A stretch of 64,000 nucleotides of DNA from Octopus sinensis (GCF_006345805.1 NC_043003.1:117476061-117540060), one strand, 5' to 3'; positions 50,012-62,645 are shown, counted from the first letter of the stretch. Made by a program: numbers and translations. Notes: generated by a model from the letters alone, not told the origin.

Positions 50012-50557
50012 GCAGTGGCTCTCATGGCTTCTGATTGGAAGTGTTATCAAGTACAGTGTTTTGTCTCGGCGTAAAAGATGGGCTACAACAAATGTTCTGC
50101 TCAATACCACAGATTTGCTTGTCAGTTGTTTGACCTTAAACAGTTGAGTATGTCCCTTAGTGGCTGACGATATGTGCATTTTTGATCACGAGCAGAAATA
50201 CTGGGGGGGGGACATCGTAGCCGCGTGTTGAGAGGAATTCTTTGGGGTTTGAATAATTCATCCCTGCAAATATGAGTGTTTCTTCCATCATCCTTAAACA
50301 ACCATCATTCAGGGACCACTTGAGCGGAGTAGACTACTCGACCTAAACAAAATTCTAACTGGGTCCCACCTGCAAGGTCATGCACTGTTTATCTTGGTAT
50401 GAAGTCACCATGTCGCGCACATACGGTTGTGATGCATGAGCCTAGTGTACCCTTATCAGACGGATAATCATGATAGGTATATTGAGCTTCGTATATTTGT
50501 ACCCCAGTGTCACTTTAAAAGCGTCTTCTGCTCCCTCACTCGATAATGATAATAATA
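50012..50557 (+). mobile_element. Family D element, 5'-truncated, with (AAT)-type tail
   Basis: Reverse complement of the 7669/8256 copies; ends ctccctcactc-gataatgataataat; no microsatellite at the 50012 end. Confidence 0.85.
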
Positions 50558-51129
50558 GATACACAGAAATGAGGTTTCTGCAATTTTTTGTCAAACAATC
50601 TGCACGCAAATCATTTGTTTATAGTGATCAAATGTTTGAGTTGTACATTAGCTCATCCTCTTCATCACCTCGACTTTGTCTGTATGGTGTGCATGGTGTC
50701 TCTCACGTCAGATGTTGAAGTGACCCCAGAACAATGAAAATGAAGTGTTTAGCTCAAGACCACAACGGATCTCCCAGTCCGGGAATCTTGGGATCGTGAG
50801 TATTATAATGTGTGAAACACCCTAACCTTTGGGTCACGCGCCTTTCTGACATACTGGTTTGTTATTTAAGCAATTATTGTTGTGTCTCAGGAGGGTCATT
50901 GCACCAACAGTAATAACACACACACTGATTCAACATCACTTCTTTCTAAGCAGACCTTGACTAGAGGGGGTAAGTCACTGAGGTCACGAATAGCGACGAA
51001 AGAACTGTTACTAACAACCAACCGACTGATTGTTTAACCAACACGTTAAACAAATGATCCATCAGTTAGCTGGTTAGATCTTTAGCAATAAAGAAGTGAT
51101 ACTGGACCAGTGCGTGTCTTGTTTTTATT

Positions 51130-51830
51130 ATTTTTTTAAATAAAATATGGTCCGTTGTCTTCTGCTGAGCCGGGATCATCCCTTGACCCTAGGGTCACAG
51201 CAGGTCCTCATCTCATGGAGAGTACACGGCGTGAAATGTGTGCGGAATCTAGCAACACTACTTTCTGAAGTTCTCCCACGTTACCACTGCAAGGGAGTTT
51301 GATGTGCTACTATCAAGGCCCTAACGCTCCAATCACCACTAGTGCCGTGCTGCTTTTCATTTTTCACATCTTGGTCACTTCTATTTCTAGGTCTTTGTAC
51401 TTAAATAACTTCTCAACTTCTTTAATGGACACATTTCTCTCTGGTGGTACTGTCACATCTATCATTAAGCATTTCTTATTCTTCTCATCTTTGATGACTA
51501 TATCCGGCCTGTTTGCCTTTATTTCTTTATCGGTGTTGATTGATATGTCTCAGAGTACTGTTACTTCATCTTTTCCGGTCACAGTTTCAGGTTTATGCTG
51601 GTACCATCTTTCTGATGTTGGAAGCTGGTAGTGTTTACATATCTTCCAATGGATATATTGCGCTACTCTATCATATCTATGAATATATTCGGTTTTTGCA
51701 AGCGCTGTGCATCCAGTTAAGATGTGGTCCACTGTTTCATCCTGCTCATGACACATTCTGCATTTCGGGTCAGTGCCATCGCTCATTATCTTGTTGTGGT
51801 AAACCCTGGTTGCCAAGCTTTGATCTTCTT
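51130..51830 (-). pseudogene. 5'-truncated R4/Dong-type non-LTR retrotransposon: CCHC zinc knuckle plus RLE (PD-(D/E)xK)
   Basis: CRMCHEQDETVDHILTGC; then L*DISINTDKEIKANRPDIVIKDEKNKKCLMIDVTVP...EKLFKYKDLEIEV...VVIGALG...LQKVVLLDSAHISRRVLS*. Stops at Trp codons; 5' end abuts (AAT)n, consistent with TAA-repeat targeting in Dong elements. Confidence 0.9.
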
Positions 51831-51837
51831 ATTATTA

Positions 51838-51916
<79 letters not shown>

Positions 51917-52258
51917 TATCATCATCATCCTCATCATCATCATCATTATCATCATCATTATTATTATTATTATTATTATTGGCATAATGACCCACCCAAG
52001 ACGCAAGATTTGTTACAACGAATCTTACAAACGAAAACCGAAGTATTTAAGCAATTATTGATGAATAAATTAAGGACGTAAATCCCACCATATTCTGTGT
52101 GGGCTTTTGATGATTTTGCTATTGTTTGATACTGTTATTTATTGCTAACATAGCATATCATTTGGCAAAGTCACTCATAGTCTTCAGGTAGCATTTCATC
52201 TCACATATTGAAATAAATCAAAACTTTCTCATAAGCCCAGGAAAGAAGTTCCTAAAAT

Positions 52259-52844
52259 GTGGGGTGGTGTGGAAGCACTCCGTCGGTTACTACGACGAGG
52301 GTTCCGGTTGATCCGATGGATATCGTATAACCATCTCGCATAGACTTAAGTAACTGAAAAATCTATTTAAGAACAAGAAAAGTAACAATTTATAAGGGAT
52401 AAGAGGCTGAAAAGTAAGGATATCAAAATAAGAAAACGAAATAATAAGAAATATATATATGGAAGCACTCCGTCAGTTACGACGACGAGGGTTCCGGTTG
52501 ATCCGATCAACGGAACAGCCTGCTCGTGAAATTAACGTGTAAGTGGCTGAGCACTCAACAGACACGTGTACCCTTAACGTAGTTCTCGGGGATATTCAGC
52601 GTGACACAGAGAGTGACAAGGCCGGCCCCTTGAAATACAGGTACAACAGAAACAGGAAGTAAGAGTGAGAGAAAGTTGTGGTGAAAGATTACAGCAGGGA
52701 TCACCACCATCCCCTGCCGGAGCCTCGTGGAGCTTTTAGGTGTTTTCGCTCAATAAACACTCACAACACCCGGTCTGGGAATCGAAACCGCGATCCTACA
52801 ACCGCGAGTCCGCTGCCCTAACCACTGGGCCATTGCGCCTCCAC
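52259..52844 (-). mobile_element. Composite insertion: full family B SINE, 145-bp transduced flank and duplicated SINE 3' end, inside a 12-bp TSD
   Basis: TSD AGTTCCTAAAAT at 52247-52258 and 52845-52856; 52316-52460 is the reverse complement of 23669-23812. Confidence 0.92.
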
Positions 52845-53603
52845 AGTTCCTAAAATAGTATCGAAGAAGAGTTAACCATTAATAACTCGGCCCTTTCTAC
52901 TGAATGACGGCATCTATAAATCGTAGCTGCAAAGAGTAAGAGAAATTCTTCAATTCAACCGAGAATTAAATCTGTGTCACTGACTCAGATAGTCCAAAGA
53001 TTTCCGCCATTCTGCAATGTCCCTACATTGGAATTTCCGTTTTTTATATATCCATCGAATGCTATGAGACACACACAGCCGTTGACATCCAATTTTGTGG
53101 CACTGATTGTCTGTATTGTGTATCCTACGGAAGCTACTTCCTGGCTCGACGCCAAATTCTTCATTCTTCGCTTAAATCCTCTCTTCCCCGCGGTCAGGTC
53201 AGGTCTGATGTATGCAGCATCGTGTCCTACTACTGGTAAACTGTAAACCAGTACAACCTGTGTCAGTGGGGTAGAAAGGGCTCCTTAGCCGTAGTGAAGG
53301 CAATCTATCTAGGGAGATAACCTTACAATAAATCACTCGGTCCGTAGCTTAGAAATACTGGGTTGAGGTCCAGTGGGAACAGCTTTGTTTCATGGAGGAG
53401 GAAAGATCTTCTTTAGTACTTGGTTGTACAATGCTTTCCAATGTGTGTAGTAGTGGCGCGCGCACACATTATTAGCCATTTGAAAAGACTATGGAATTTA
53501 CAATTAACTGCACCAGGGTTCCTCTTCCCCAGGGAACCAGACCTAATGGTATACCTGTGGATATAGGTCCAGCCCCTACTTTGCTGGGTCCTGTCTCTGA
53601 TCA

Positions 53604-53727
53604 CGTTCTCCAGGGATACAGACATCCAGCAACAGGACCTCCATAATGCCATGATGGATCATGAAGTCTGGCGTAGCATGGTAAATTCCATTGTCTCGAC
53701 CACGGTCGAACAATGATGATGATGATT
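53604..53727 (+). pseudogene. RTE-clade LINE 3' terminus
   Basis: SRDTDIQQQDLHNAMMDHEVWRSMVNSIV (L..AM.D..VWR end motif) followed by a (TGA)n tail. The ~350 bp upstream may be element-derived (unverified). Confidence 0.6.
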
Positions 53728-54144
53728 ATTCATAAAACTACGCACAGTGGCAAACTCTGATCCGTTATGTGCACAGACTCTAACCGAATGGGTAAGAATT
53801 TTGTTTTGTAATCATGTGGTTTCGTTTTCGATCTCCCTACGCAGCATTTTGATCAAGTGTCCTTAACCTTAGTAGTCGATTGAGGGGGACTGTTTGGAAA
53901 CCTGTTAGATGTGCTGAACTACAATTCAAAGGGACGCAGTGTGACGCCGAATCTGCGGCAGAATCACGTCAATTGGTGTCTGTGGAATACACAAGACTTT
54001 TAACTTTATTTCGAGGGTCGAAGTGTTGCGTTGTTTTTAGATTGACTGGAATATTTACTTCACAGAATCTGAGGAATCCATTTACTTGTTAACAAAACTG
54101 TGGTTACTGTATGTAGTTAGGGTAACTGGCTGTTTATAGATGGT

Positions 54145-54245
54145 AATGATGATGATGATGAGGAGGAGGAGGAGGAGGAGGAGGAGGAGCAGGAGCAGGA
54201 GCAGGAGGAGGAGCAGGAGGAGCAGGAGGAGGAGCAGGAGGAGGG
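54145..54245. repeat. (GAT)n-(GAG)n-(GAGCAG)n compound repeat
   Basis: Direct inspection. Confidence 0.9.
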
Positions 54246-54352
54246 GGCTATTATTATGTTGCTAAAATCCAACGTAATCCAAATTCCGTATAATCCAATA
54301 GTTAAGCTGTTCTATTAGTGTGGTAAATAATTTATTTATATTTATATAATTT

Positions 54353-54461
54353 ATATCACGTTGAAAGCACCGGATCTCGTCCGATCACCGAAGTTAAGCA
54401 ACATAGAACCTAGTTAGTATTTAGATGGGTGACCGCTTGGGAAACCTAGGTGCTGTAAGCA
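54353..54461 (+). pseudogene. 5S: 5'-truncated 5S rRNA copy (lacks ~10 nt)
   Basis: ATATCACGTTGAAAGCACCGGATCTCGTCCGATCACCGAAGTTAAGCAAC...TTAGTATTTAGATGGGTGACCGCTTGGGAAACCTAGGTGCTGTAAGCA: A and C boxes recognisable; ACCTAG/CTAGGT helix intact; TTTT follows at 54467-54470. Confidence 0.9.
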
Positions 54462-54470
54462 TTACCTTTT

Positions 54471-54593
54471 AGACCGATAGAATAAGTACTAGGCTTACAA
54501 AGAATAAGTCCTGGGGTCGATTTGCTCGACTAAAGGTGGTGCTCCAGCATGGCCACAGTCAAATGACTGAAACAAGTAAAAGAGTAAAAGAGT
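54471..54593 (+). mobile_element. Family A SINE 3' end fused to the 5S copy
   Basis: agaccgatagaataagtactaggc...gtaaaagagtaaaagagt, essentially the family consensus tail. Confidence 0.9.
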
Positions 54594-54779
54594 ATCAGGA
54601 ACAAAGCAAATGAAACGAAAAAAAAGCAAAAGACAGGTGAAAAATACTATCCAAGTTAGTATTTGTTTTTACGATGTAAAGAAGAAATAAGAGAGAGTTC
54701 ATTCGATGTTTCGAACAATCGTCCTTTGACGAGTGAATGAGAGGAAAACTTTTCACAAGAGAACAAAAATTGTGAATTT

Positions 54780-55005
54780 CATTAACATCTCACAGACTGG
54801 CCGGCAGAAACGTTAACAAGCCGGGTGAAATGCTTAGTATTATTTCGTCTGTCTTTACGTTCTGAGTTCAAATTCCGCCGATGTCGATTTTGCCTTTCAT
54901 CCTTTCGGGGTCGATAAATTAAGTACCAGTTGCGTACTGGATCGATCTAATTGACTGGCCCCCTCCCCAGAAATTTCGGGCCTTGTGTCTAGAGTAGAAA
55001 AGAAT
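54780..55005 (+). mobile_element. Family C SINE (alternative tail)
   Basis: ggcagaaacgttaac...gttctgagttcaaattccgccg...ggccttgtgtctagagtagaaaag. Confidence 0.85.
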
Positions 55006-55309
55006 ATCTCACAGACTGAAAATATGAAAGTGAAGGAAGATGAGAAAAAGAAGAGAGATCTTGAGAGATGAGAACGGAAAAGGTGAAAGGTAGACGGAGA
55101 GAATAATTAATGTAATTTGTAGTCTGTTTGGAAATGTGTACAAAGGTGTATAAAGGTGGGAGTGTATAAATGTGTATAAATGTTGGAATAACTATGGTCG
55201 GAGGCCTATATTTGTAGAAGGATCTTTGTATGAGTGGTGATATTTGAGAGCTTGTTACCCAGACATGCGTATATAAGTATAGTCAAGAAATATATATATA
55301 TATAGATAC

Positions 55310-55344
<35 letters not shown>

Positions 55345-56367
55345 AGAGACAGACAGACACACAGAGACTGTGTCAGACATTAGTTAAAGTGAAAGAGAGG
55401 GAGGTATAATGTTTGTTCTTTTTTCTCCCATTTAATTGTATTCATATGTAACAAAAGGTGGCACTCGAAGACTATCAGAGATTTTATCAATGAAAATACG
55501 ATGTTAATTATAAAAGACAGATACACGAGCACATAATGTATTTCTGTGTTTAGGTCACTTCAGAACCCTACCAAGTACTCGGTAGCCTACTTAACCTTCT
55601 AGTTCATTCTCTGAAAATCTATTGAAGCAGAAAAAGCTTGGAACAAAAGCAATGACAAAACACCATAACGACGAGAACAAACGCAACAAAAATTACTATA
55701 AAAGGCAATATTCATTTTAAAGAATAAACCGTATTCAATGGCGGTTATAAATAATCACTTGTACAACTTCATTGGAGAGAGGGGGAGGTACAATAGCGCC
55801 ATTATAACCTTTTTATTATTGGTTTATTTTTCTTGATTTTCGTCTAATTTATTGAATCTGTTTGAAGCAACAATTGCTATTTGCTATTAAGTGAGAGACG
55901 TTCGTTTGAAAGTTTAAATTGCCTCAATTGAAATAGTCTCAACAATGTGAATGTTTGGCCATTATTTGAAATCTAGTATCATTGGCCTTTAAATGGACAC
56001 ATGTACGGCCATTAAATGGCTTCTCTGGGTTCCGTGAAGGACAGATCTTTATTTTTGAAAAGAAGATATAAAAGAGAAAAAAAAAGCTACCTACGCACAC
56101 ATGTCAGCACCAAACTCTCACAAACACAAACACAAGAAAATATAAACACACACACACACACAAATATCCATATACATTTACATCCACAAAATACCTCACC
56201 AGTTTCAAAAACGAATATTTCTATTAGAAATGATTTGAAGCTTAATTAATGAAAAGGTTGTCTCTTTTAATAATGCTTGCTTTACTCTACGAATATAAAA
56301 CATCATAAATTTAAAATCCATCAAACAAAGAATTGATAGAAAATGGATTTAACTAAGATACAAAAAA

Positions 56368-56399
<32 letters not shown>

Positions 56400-56444
56400 T
56401 AATAATAATAAATAATAATAATAATAATAATAATTTTTCTTTGA

Positions 56445-56812
56445 TCTTTATTCCTCACTTGTTTCAGTCATTGGACTGCAGCCATGCTGAGGCTTAGTCC
56501 AACAAATACACCCCAGAAAAATTTTTTTTTTTTTTTAGATTGGTACTCATTCTATCGGTCTCTTTTGCCGAACTGCTTTGTTACAGGAACGTAAACACAC
56601 CACCATCGCTTATCGAGTGGTTGTAGGTGAATTAGTGCATACACAAAGAAACACTCACGTACATATATGAACATATATATACGAAGGGGCTTCTTTCAGT
56701 TTCTGTCTACCAAATCCTCCTCTCACAAGGATTTGGTCAGGACTGCAGCTATAGCAGAAACACTCGGCCAAGGTGTCAGGTGGTGGGACTGAAACTGGGA
56801 AGCGAACTCCTC
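56445..56812 (-). mobile_element. Diverged family A SINE
   Basis: cacttgtttcagtcattggactgcagccatgctg...ttctttcagtttctgtctaccaaatc...ccaaggtg. Confidence 0.75.
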
Positions 56813-56821
56813 GGCACAGAG

Positions 56822-56859
56822 CAACGCCTGCGCCAAGAGTAGCAGCAGCAGTAACAGCG

Positions 56860-56930
<71 letters not shown>

Positions 56931-57092
56931 GGTGGTGGTGGTGGTGGTAGCAGCAGCAGCAGCAGTAGTAGTAGTTGTAGTAGTAGTAATATTAGTAGAA
57001 GTAGTAGTAATAGTAGAAGCAATATTAGCAGTAGTAATAGTAGAAGCAGTATTAGCAGTAGTAATAGTAGAAGCAGTATTAGTAGTAGTAGT

Positions 57093-57174
<82 letters not shown>

Positions 57175-57175
57175 A
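56822..57175. repeat. (AGC)/(AGT)/(GGT) compound trinucleotide array
   Basis: Direct inspection. Confidence 0.93.
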
Positions 57176-58337
57176 TTAAATGTTAAAATATTCTGACGTT
57201 AATGATTATAAATGATCAATGATTTTCTCTTCCTGCAAATTCCTTTAGACTCTTCTTCCTTCGATGCATCGTCTACAATATTTTAACTGGAATTTTCCAA
57301 ATTTCCCATATAAATCTCTAGAAATTGCGGAGTCTACTCTCGTTAATCTCCCGATCAATATCCGCAACAAAGATTTCCGATAAGATTATAAAATGTTAAA
57401 GTTTATGTGAGTCAGTTCTTAAGATTAATGTTTTCAACTGATAAATGTGAAATCACTGAATATTTATTTAACAATAGAAGCTGAAATAAGCATAAATTAT
57501 ATCGTGTGTGTGTGTGGGGGGGGTATGTGGGTGTGGGTATCTCGGCATACACAAAACCTGAGCTCTTATCATACCTGAGAAACTGAGAATTTTATTTTTA
57601 TTTTATCTTTTTCACATTATTATTGTTGTCAAAAACTTCTACGGAGTTGTTAGGAGTCGATGCTTACCGCTGCTTTTTACGACGTGAATCTGTGGATGAA
57701 ATCTCCCTCTTGGCAGTGGCAGTAAATAATCTCAGATAATTTGGTGCCTGTCTCAATGCAACTCAGATGCATTAAATTTAATATTACGACCGAAATGCAA
57801 AACGAAACTTGGTGAGTTCTAAGAGATGTTCGTCTAAATATTATTACTGTTATTTTAGATAAAAACTTGTAAAGGCTGAAGCATAAAAATGAAATACGAA
57901 GTAAAAGCAATAGTTTATGTCTCTCCGATATTTCGGTTAGGACAACTTCATTAAGACACGTGGAGAAATTAGAGGTTACTTAGATAAGTAGGAGAGGGCA
58001 GTAACATGCGCAGACTGGTGTGGCTGCCATCTTGGCCAAACGTGTCCCAGTGGACCGGTCCTAACAACGAAATATCGAAGAAACACAAAGAAAAACTTCA
58101 ACTGTTGTTCAGTTTTCACTTTTGTTTCCTTGTTTATATTGTTTCAGCCTTAACAAGTTTTCGTCTAATATTATACAATGCTTTAGATTCCTCCGAGGTC
58201 GACTTTGCTTTTATCACTCGGAGTCGATAAACTAAGTACCAGCTGAACACTGGGATCCATGTAATCGATTTAACCCCTCCTCCGAAATTGATAACCTTTT
58301 CCATTTAGAAACAATATTATTATTTAAATAATATATA

Positions 58338-58735
58338 TCTTTATATATAAAAGTAAGGTTGTGTGCTGTATGTCTCCTACGATTTAGATTCCTAACTACT
58401 CCCACATTTTGCGTTGCAGTTTAACCAAAACCGGGTATCTTATAGTCGTGATTCATATCGAGCCCTTCTGGGTATTAGCGCGCGTCTACGATGAGTCTAC
58501 GATTTTTTAAAAAATTACCATCATTTTTTCCATTTTAATGCATTTTTTCACTATTATATAAGGGAAGTAACTCTCTAAAATGTCTACGATGAGTCAACGA
58601 TTTAAAAAAAAATTTACCATCATTTTTTTTCCATTTTTAATGCATTTTTTTGCTATTTTTTGGCTATAACTCTCTAAAAATGCTTATATAGTTATTTCCC
58701 TTACAAACCCGAGCAACGCCTGGCGATACTGCTAG
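58338..58735 (+). mobile_element. Non-autonomous Helitron, complete
   Basis: A|TCTTTATATATAAAAG...CCCGAGCAACGCCTGGCGATACTG-CTAG|T; internal direct duplication of the tctacgatgagtc...gcatttttt block. Confidence 0.88.
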
Positions 58736-59825
58736 TATTTATATAACGCTATTGTTGGATATTTGAAAGCTTTTGCTGTGGAGGTTACAGATGATGTGAA
58801 AAACATTTTCTCTTTTAGGAGAAGCGAAGTCTTTCAAATGAATAATAGCAGATTTATCTCTATCATATAGATTTCAGATATTATTTCTGGGAATTATCCA
58901 ATGCTTTCCTAATGGAATTATCAAATTGTCCACGATTCAAAAATGATAGTGAAATGTTTCTGTTTAAGTTTGTGTTAACATATTTCGTGCAGGTCCTGCA
59001 TCTAAACACACACAGAGAATAATATGCGGTGCGAAAAAAATAACGGTATTAGTCGTTGAGTATATTTATCCTAATTCTTGGAGCAATCATGGAAGACAAC
59101 TCTGGACAATCTCGGAGAAGCATAGACTTCACTATAATTGCAAAAAATAACCCTAAGTAAATGCGTAATTGTGTATTTATAAGTGCAAAAAAAATTATTA
59201 AAATTGTTTAGAGAATAAATCCCAGATAGTTCCATCTGCCTGAATACCTTTGGTTAAGCTACAGTTAACTGCATTAAACTAAACAATGTTTTCTAAGTGT
59301 GTGGTTTCTCGGTGTAATTTACTAAAACGACCGTTGCGATTTTCGAACTGCATCATTCCTAAAATTCTATCATTTTTTTATGAACAAAAATTGCGAAGAA
59401 AAAAGCACGCAAGTATTTAGTCTTCTGATGCTCAAGATTTCTCCAGTGGCATTAGCAGTGTAATCGAAGTTTACGAAGAACACGAGTATATATATTCTTC
59501 AAAGTTTACTTGGTACATCCAGGAGAAGTGGAACTTGGTTTTCTATTTGTTTCTCTGTTTATATACGCTACTTTCATTATTATCAATACAATGAAAGAAC
59601 AGCGAAAACAAGGAATGAGCGATGATTTAGACAAACAAGATTCGGTAGGATCTAGGATTATATTTGAATAACATGTGGCATCGTTGGAGGAGTCACTGTA
59701 ATATTTACATGATGTTCGCCATGTAGTCATGTCATTCGTGTATATAAAATGTGATCTGGGTTCGATTACCAATTATAGGAACTTGGTTTCATCTACAAAA
59801 TTAATCCCAGTATCACAGTATTGAC

Positions 59826-60190
59826 CGGATCATTAGATACAATTGTACACCGCTGGTCACAATGCGCTTCGAATTCTGTTTTGATTGCGCCATTCTTTTC
59901 CATCTTGACCTAAATCGTTTGTTTTTTTTCTAAATCGTCTTCCCATCATCGTGGAGGTCTTCTAAAATGACTTTTCCGATTTCTTGGTATCCGTTGACAA
60001 GTGCACGGGCCCCACCTGTTCTCTGTGAACCTTGCATCCTGTCCGTCCCAGGAGAAATTGTGCTTTCGGTATTCTGCGATCACATCGTTCACTCCGTTCT
60101 GTTCTTGAAATATTTCATTTCGAAATAGGCTCTTGTAATGATGGATCTTTCTATGGCTCTTGCAAAATGCTTCAACATTAGATCTTCGAT
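59826..60190 (-). pseudogene. RTE-clade LINE 3' end, decayed
   Basis: GVNDVIAEYRKHNFSWDGQDARFTENRW...IPRNRKSHFRRPPR*WEDDL matches the RTE C-terminal W.GH.AR...RW...P...R..GRP..RW.D pattern. Confidence 0.8.
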
Positions 60191-60594
60191 TTGTTATTGC
60201 TTAATTGGGAAGGAGATCAATATCCATTAGCTTTTTAGGAGCTCTGAGATAAGTAAGGAAGACGGTATTCGAAAACCAGAGAGCTGGCCTGAATGTCTGC
60301 AACATTGTGGACCCTGCGAAAGGCACTCAAGGAATACATGGGGAGAAGATAAAACTGAGAAAACGATTGTCTACCATCCAGGTAGGCTAAGGTGAGTTTT
60401 GAACTCAGAACGGAAAGAACAAGAACAAAACGCGCAAGGACTCCCATTCGAAACCGCAACGGTTCTCCCCAGAAGAACAATCAGCAAAAACGACCTCCCG
60501 ACCGGAATTTGATTCAGAACACAAGTCGCACAATATTTCGTCCGACACGTCTGTGATATTTGCCTCCAAATCTCCGGTTTATTCGCCACGGCAC

Positions 60595-60730
60595 CTTCAC
60601 ATATATGTACATATATACGACAGGCTTCTTTCAGTTTCCGACTACCAAATCCACACACAAGGCTCTGGTCGGCCCGAGGCTATAGTAGAAGACACTTGCC
60701 CAAGGTGCCACGCAGTGGGACTGAACCCGG
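60595..60730 (-). mobile_element. Family A SINE internal fragment
   Basis: acgacaggcttctttcagtttccg...gccacgcagtgggactgaacccgg. Confidence 0.8.
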
Positions 60731-60939
60731 CTTTCTGTCACTTGGTCACCAGGTATTGAACAGCTTCTATTGCAAAAGTCCAGCAACTGATTCGATTTAA
60801 CACACCATCGCATGTGTGCACGCATGCAGCTTCTAGTTATATTTAGAACATCCTTGTTCAATTAACCGGTTGTTAATTGAGAAACAAGTCTTTCTTTGGA
60901 ATTTAATCGACGTGTACTAAGGTCATCATCTACGTATCT

Positions 60940-61286
60940 CTTTACTCTTTTACTTGTTTCAGTCATTTGACTGCGGCCATGCTGGAGCACCGCCTTTAGT
61001 CGAGCAAATTGACCCCGGGACTTATTCTTTGTAAGCCCAGTACTTATTCTATCGGTTCTCTTTTGCCGAACCGCTAAGTGACGGGGACGTAAACACACCA
61101 GCATCTGTTGTCAAGCAATGCTACGGGGACAAACACAGACACACAAACATATACACACACACTTATATATATACATATATACGACATAGCAGAAGACACT
61201 TGCCCAAGATGCCACGCAGTGGAACTGAACCCGGAACCATGTGGTTGGTTAGCAAGCTACTTACCACACAGCCACTCCTGCGCCTA
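60940..61286 (-). mobile_element. Family A SINE with internal deletion
   Basis: Tail and head intact; ~65 bp of the body missing near 61185. Confidence 0.88.
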
Positions 61287-61668
61287 TATGGAGTCTATAC
61301 ATACGTGTTCGTGTGTGTGTGTGTGCATGCGTTTGAGTGTGTGTTTATGCTTGTTTGTTTGTTTTTTTTATGTTGAGGTATAATAAAAACAATTTTACAT
61401 TAATCTGATGGGTTACTCTATTTTTGTAGAATGCAAATGTATTCTTAAACGAGAATGTTGTTGACAGTGACGATGGCTTAGCTGGTCAAAACCTCCGAAG
61501 TTACAGAAACACATTTTTGTATAAAAATATATGTTGTGTGTGTTTGTTTGTGTGTATATGTATATATATAATATATATATATAATATATATAATATATAT
61601 TATATAATATGAATAAATGAAAGAATGGAGTCGAACGAAGATTTTAACAAAATTCCTTTACTCTCAAC

Positions 61669-61738
61669 ACATGTTTCGAAGACTGCATACTCTTAATTCC
61701 GAAGGAATAAAGGGTGCATTATGCCGTCTTCTCATCAG
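61669..61738 (-). ncRNA. Hammerhead-like motif with intact core and long stem II (Penelope-type)
   Basis: CTGATGA-GAAGAC-G-GCATA...TATGC-A-GTCTTC-GAAAC-ATGT-G; palindromic ACATGT stem III, but the cleavage triplet is GUG. Confidence 0.55.
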
Positions 61739-62200
61739 GAAATTTGCTACCCAGATTTCAATTAACCAAATTATCAATACTAGGATAATTCATTCACCTA
61801 CTTATATATATATATATACTATTCAATTGAATTGAATAGTGTTCACTTCCGGATTCTCTCACTCTGTGAAAGTTTCGAGTTCGAATCACACTTGTCTCGA
61901 GATGTGCCGAAGATTTTCTATTTTAGATATATTTGGGTTACTTAGGTCTGCTCAGGACTTAGTACTTGCTCTTTTCATAGGTATGAGTAAGTATTTCACT
62001 TATATCTCACGTATTTATCGCTGAAGAGGGGAACATTCTTATGAATTAACCCCGAAATTGGGACCAATACGGTAATAACAGATTTTTTAGTAATTTCTAT
62101 CGGTTTGTTTCGAGACGCATAAATTATAATGGTTATTGACAATTTTTGTCTTTTTTTCGGCATATTTGGCATTAGAATTTTTCTTTTGCCCTTATCTTGT

Positions 62201-62235
<35 letters not shown>

Positions 62236-62238
<3 letters not shown>

Positions 62239-62645
62239 CGCAGGAGTGGCTGTGTGGTAAGTAGCTTGCTTACCAACCACATGGTTCCGGGTTCAGTCCC
62301 ACTGCGTGGCACCTTGGGCAGGTGTCTTATACTATAGCCTCGGGCCGACCAAAGCCTTGTGTCTGGATTTGGTAGTCGGAAACTGAAAGAAACCCGTCGT
62401 ATATATGTACGTATATGTATGTATATGTGTGTATATGTTTGTGTGTCTGTGTTTGTTACCCCAACATCGCTTGACAACCGATGCTGGTGTGTTTACGACC
62501 ACGTAATCGAGCGGTTTGGCAACAGAGACCGATAGAATACGAACTAAGCTTACAAAGAATAAATCCTGGGGTCGATTTGCTCGACTAAAGGCGGCGATCC
62601 AGCATGGGCACAGTCAAATGACTAAAACAAGTAAAAGAATAAAAG
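62236..62645 (+). mobile_element. Family A SINE, full length
   Basis: Follows (TA)n; complete head and tail. Confidence 0.9.

Noticed and set aside
54353-54461. Functional 5S rRNA gene
   Set aside because: First ~10 nt missing, solitary, and fused to a SINE tail.
56723-57186. Poly-Leu/Pro and poly-Val/Ala ORFs
   Set aside because: Trinucleotide microsatellite translation.
57975-58050. Promoter with NRF1-like (ATGCGCA) and YY1-like (GCCATCTT) motifs
   Set aside because: Short motifs expected by chance; no CpG island or identified downstream gene.
60238-60395. Plus-strand exon SSEISKEDGIRKPESWPECLQHCGPC...
   Set aside because: The putative donor lies in a degenerate family C SINE remnant; peptide unrecognised.
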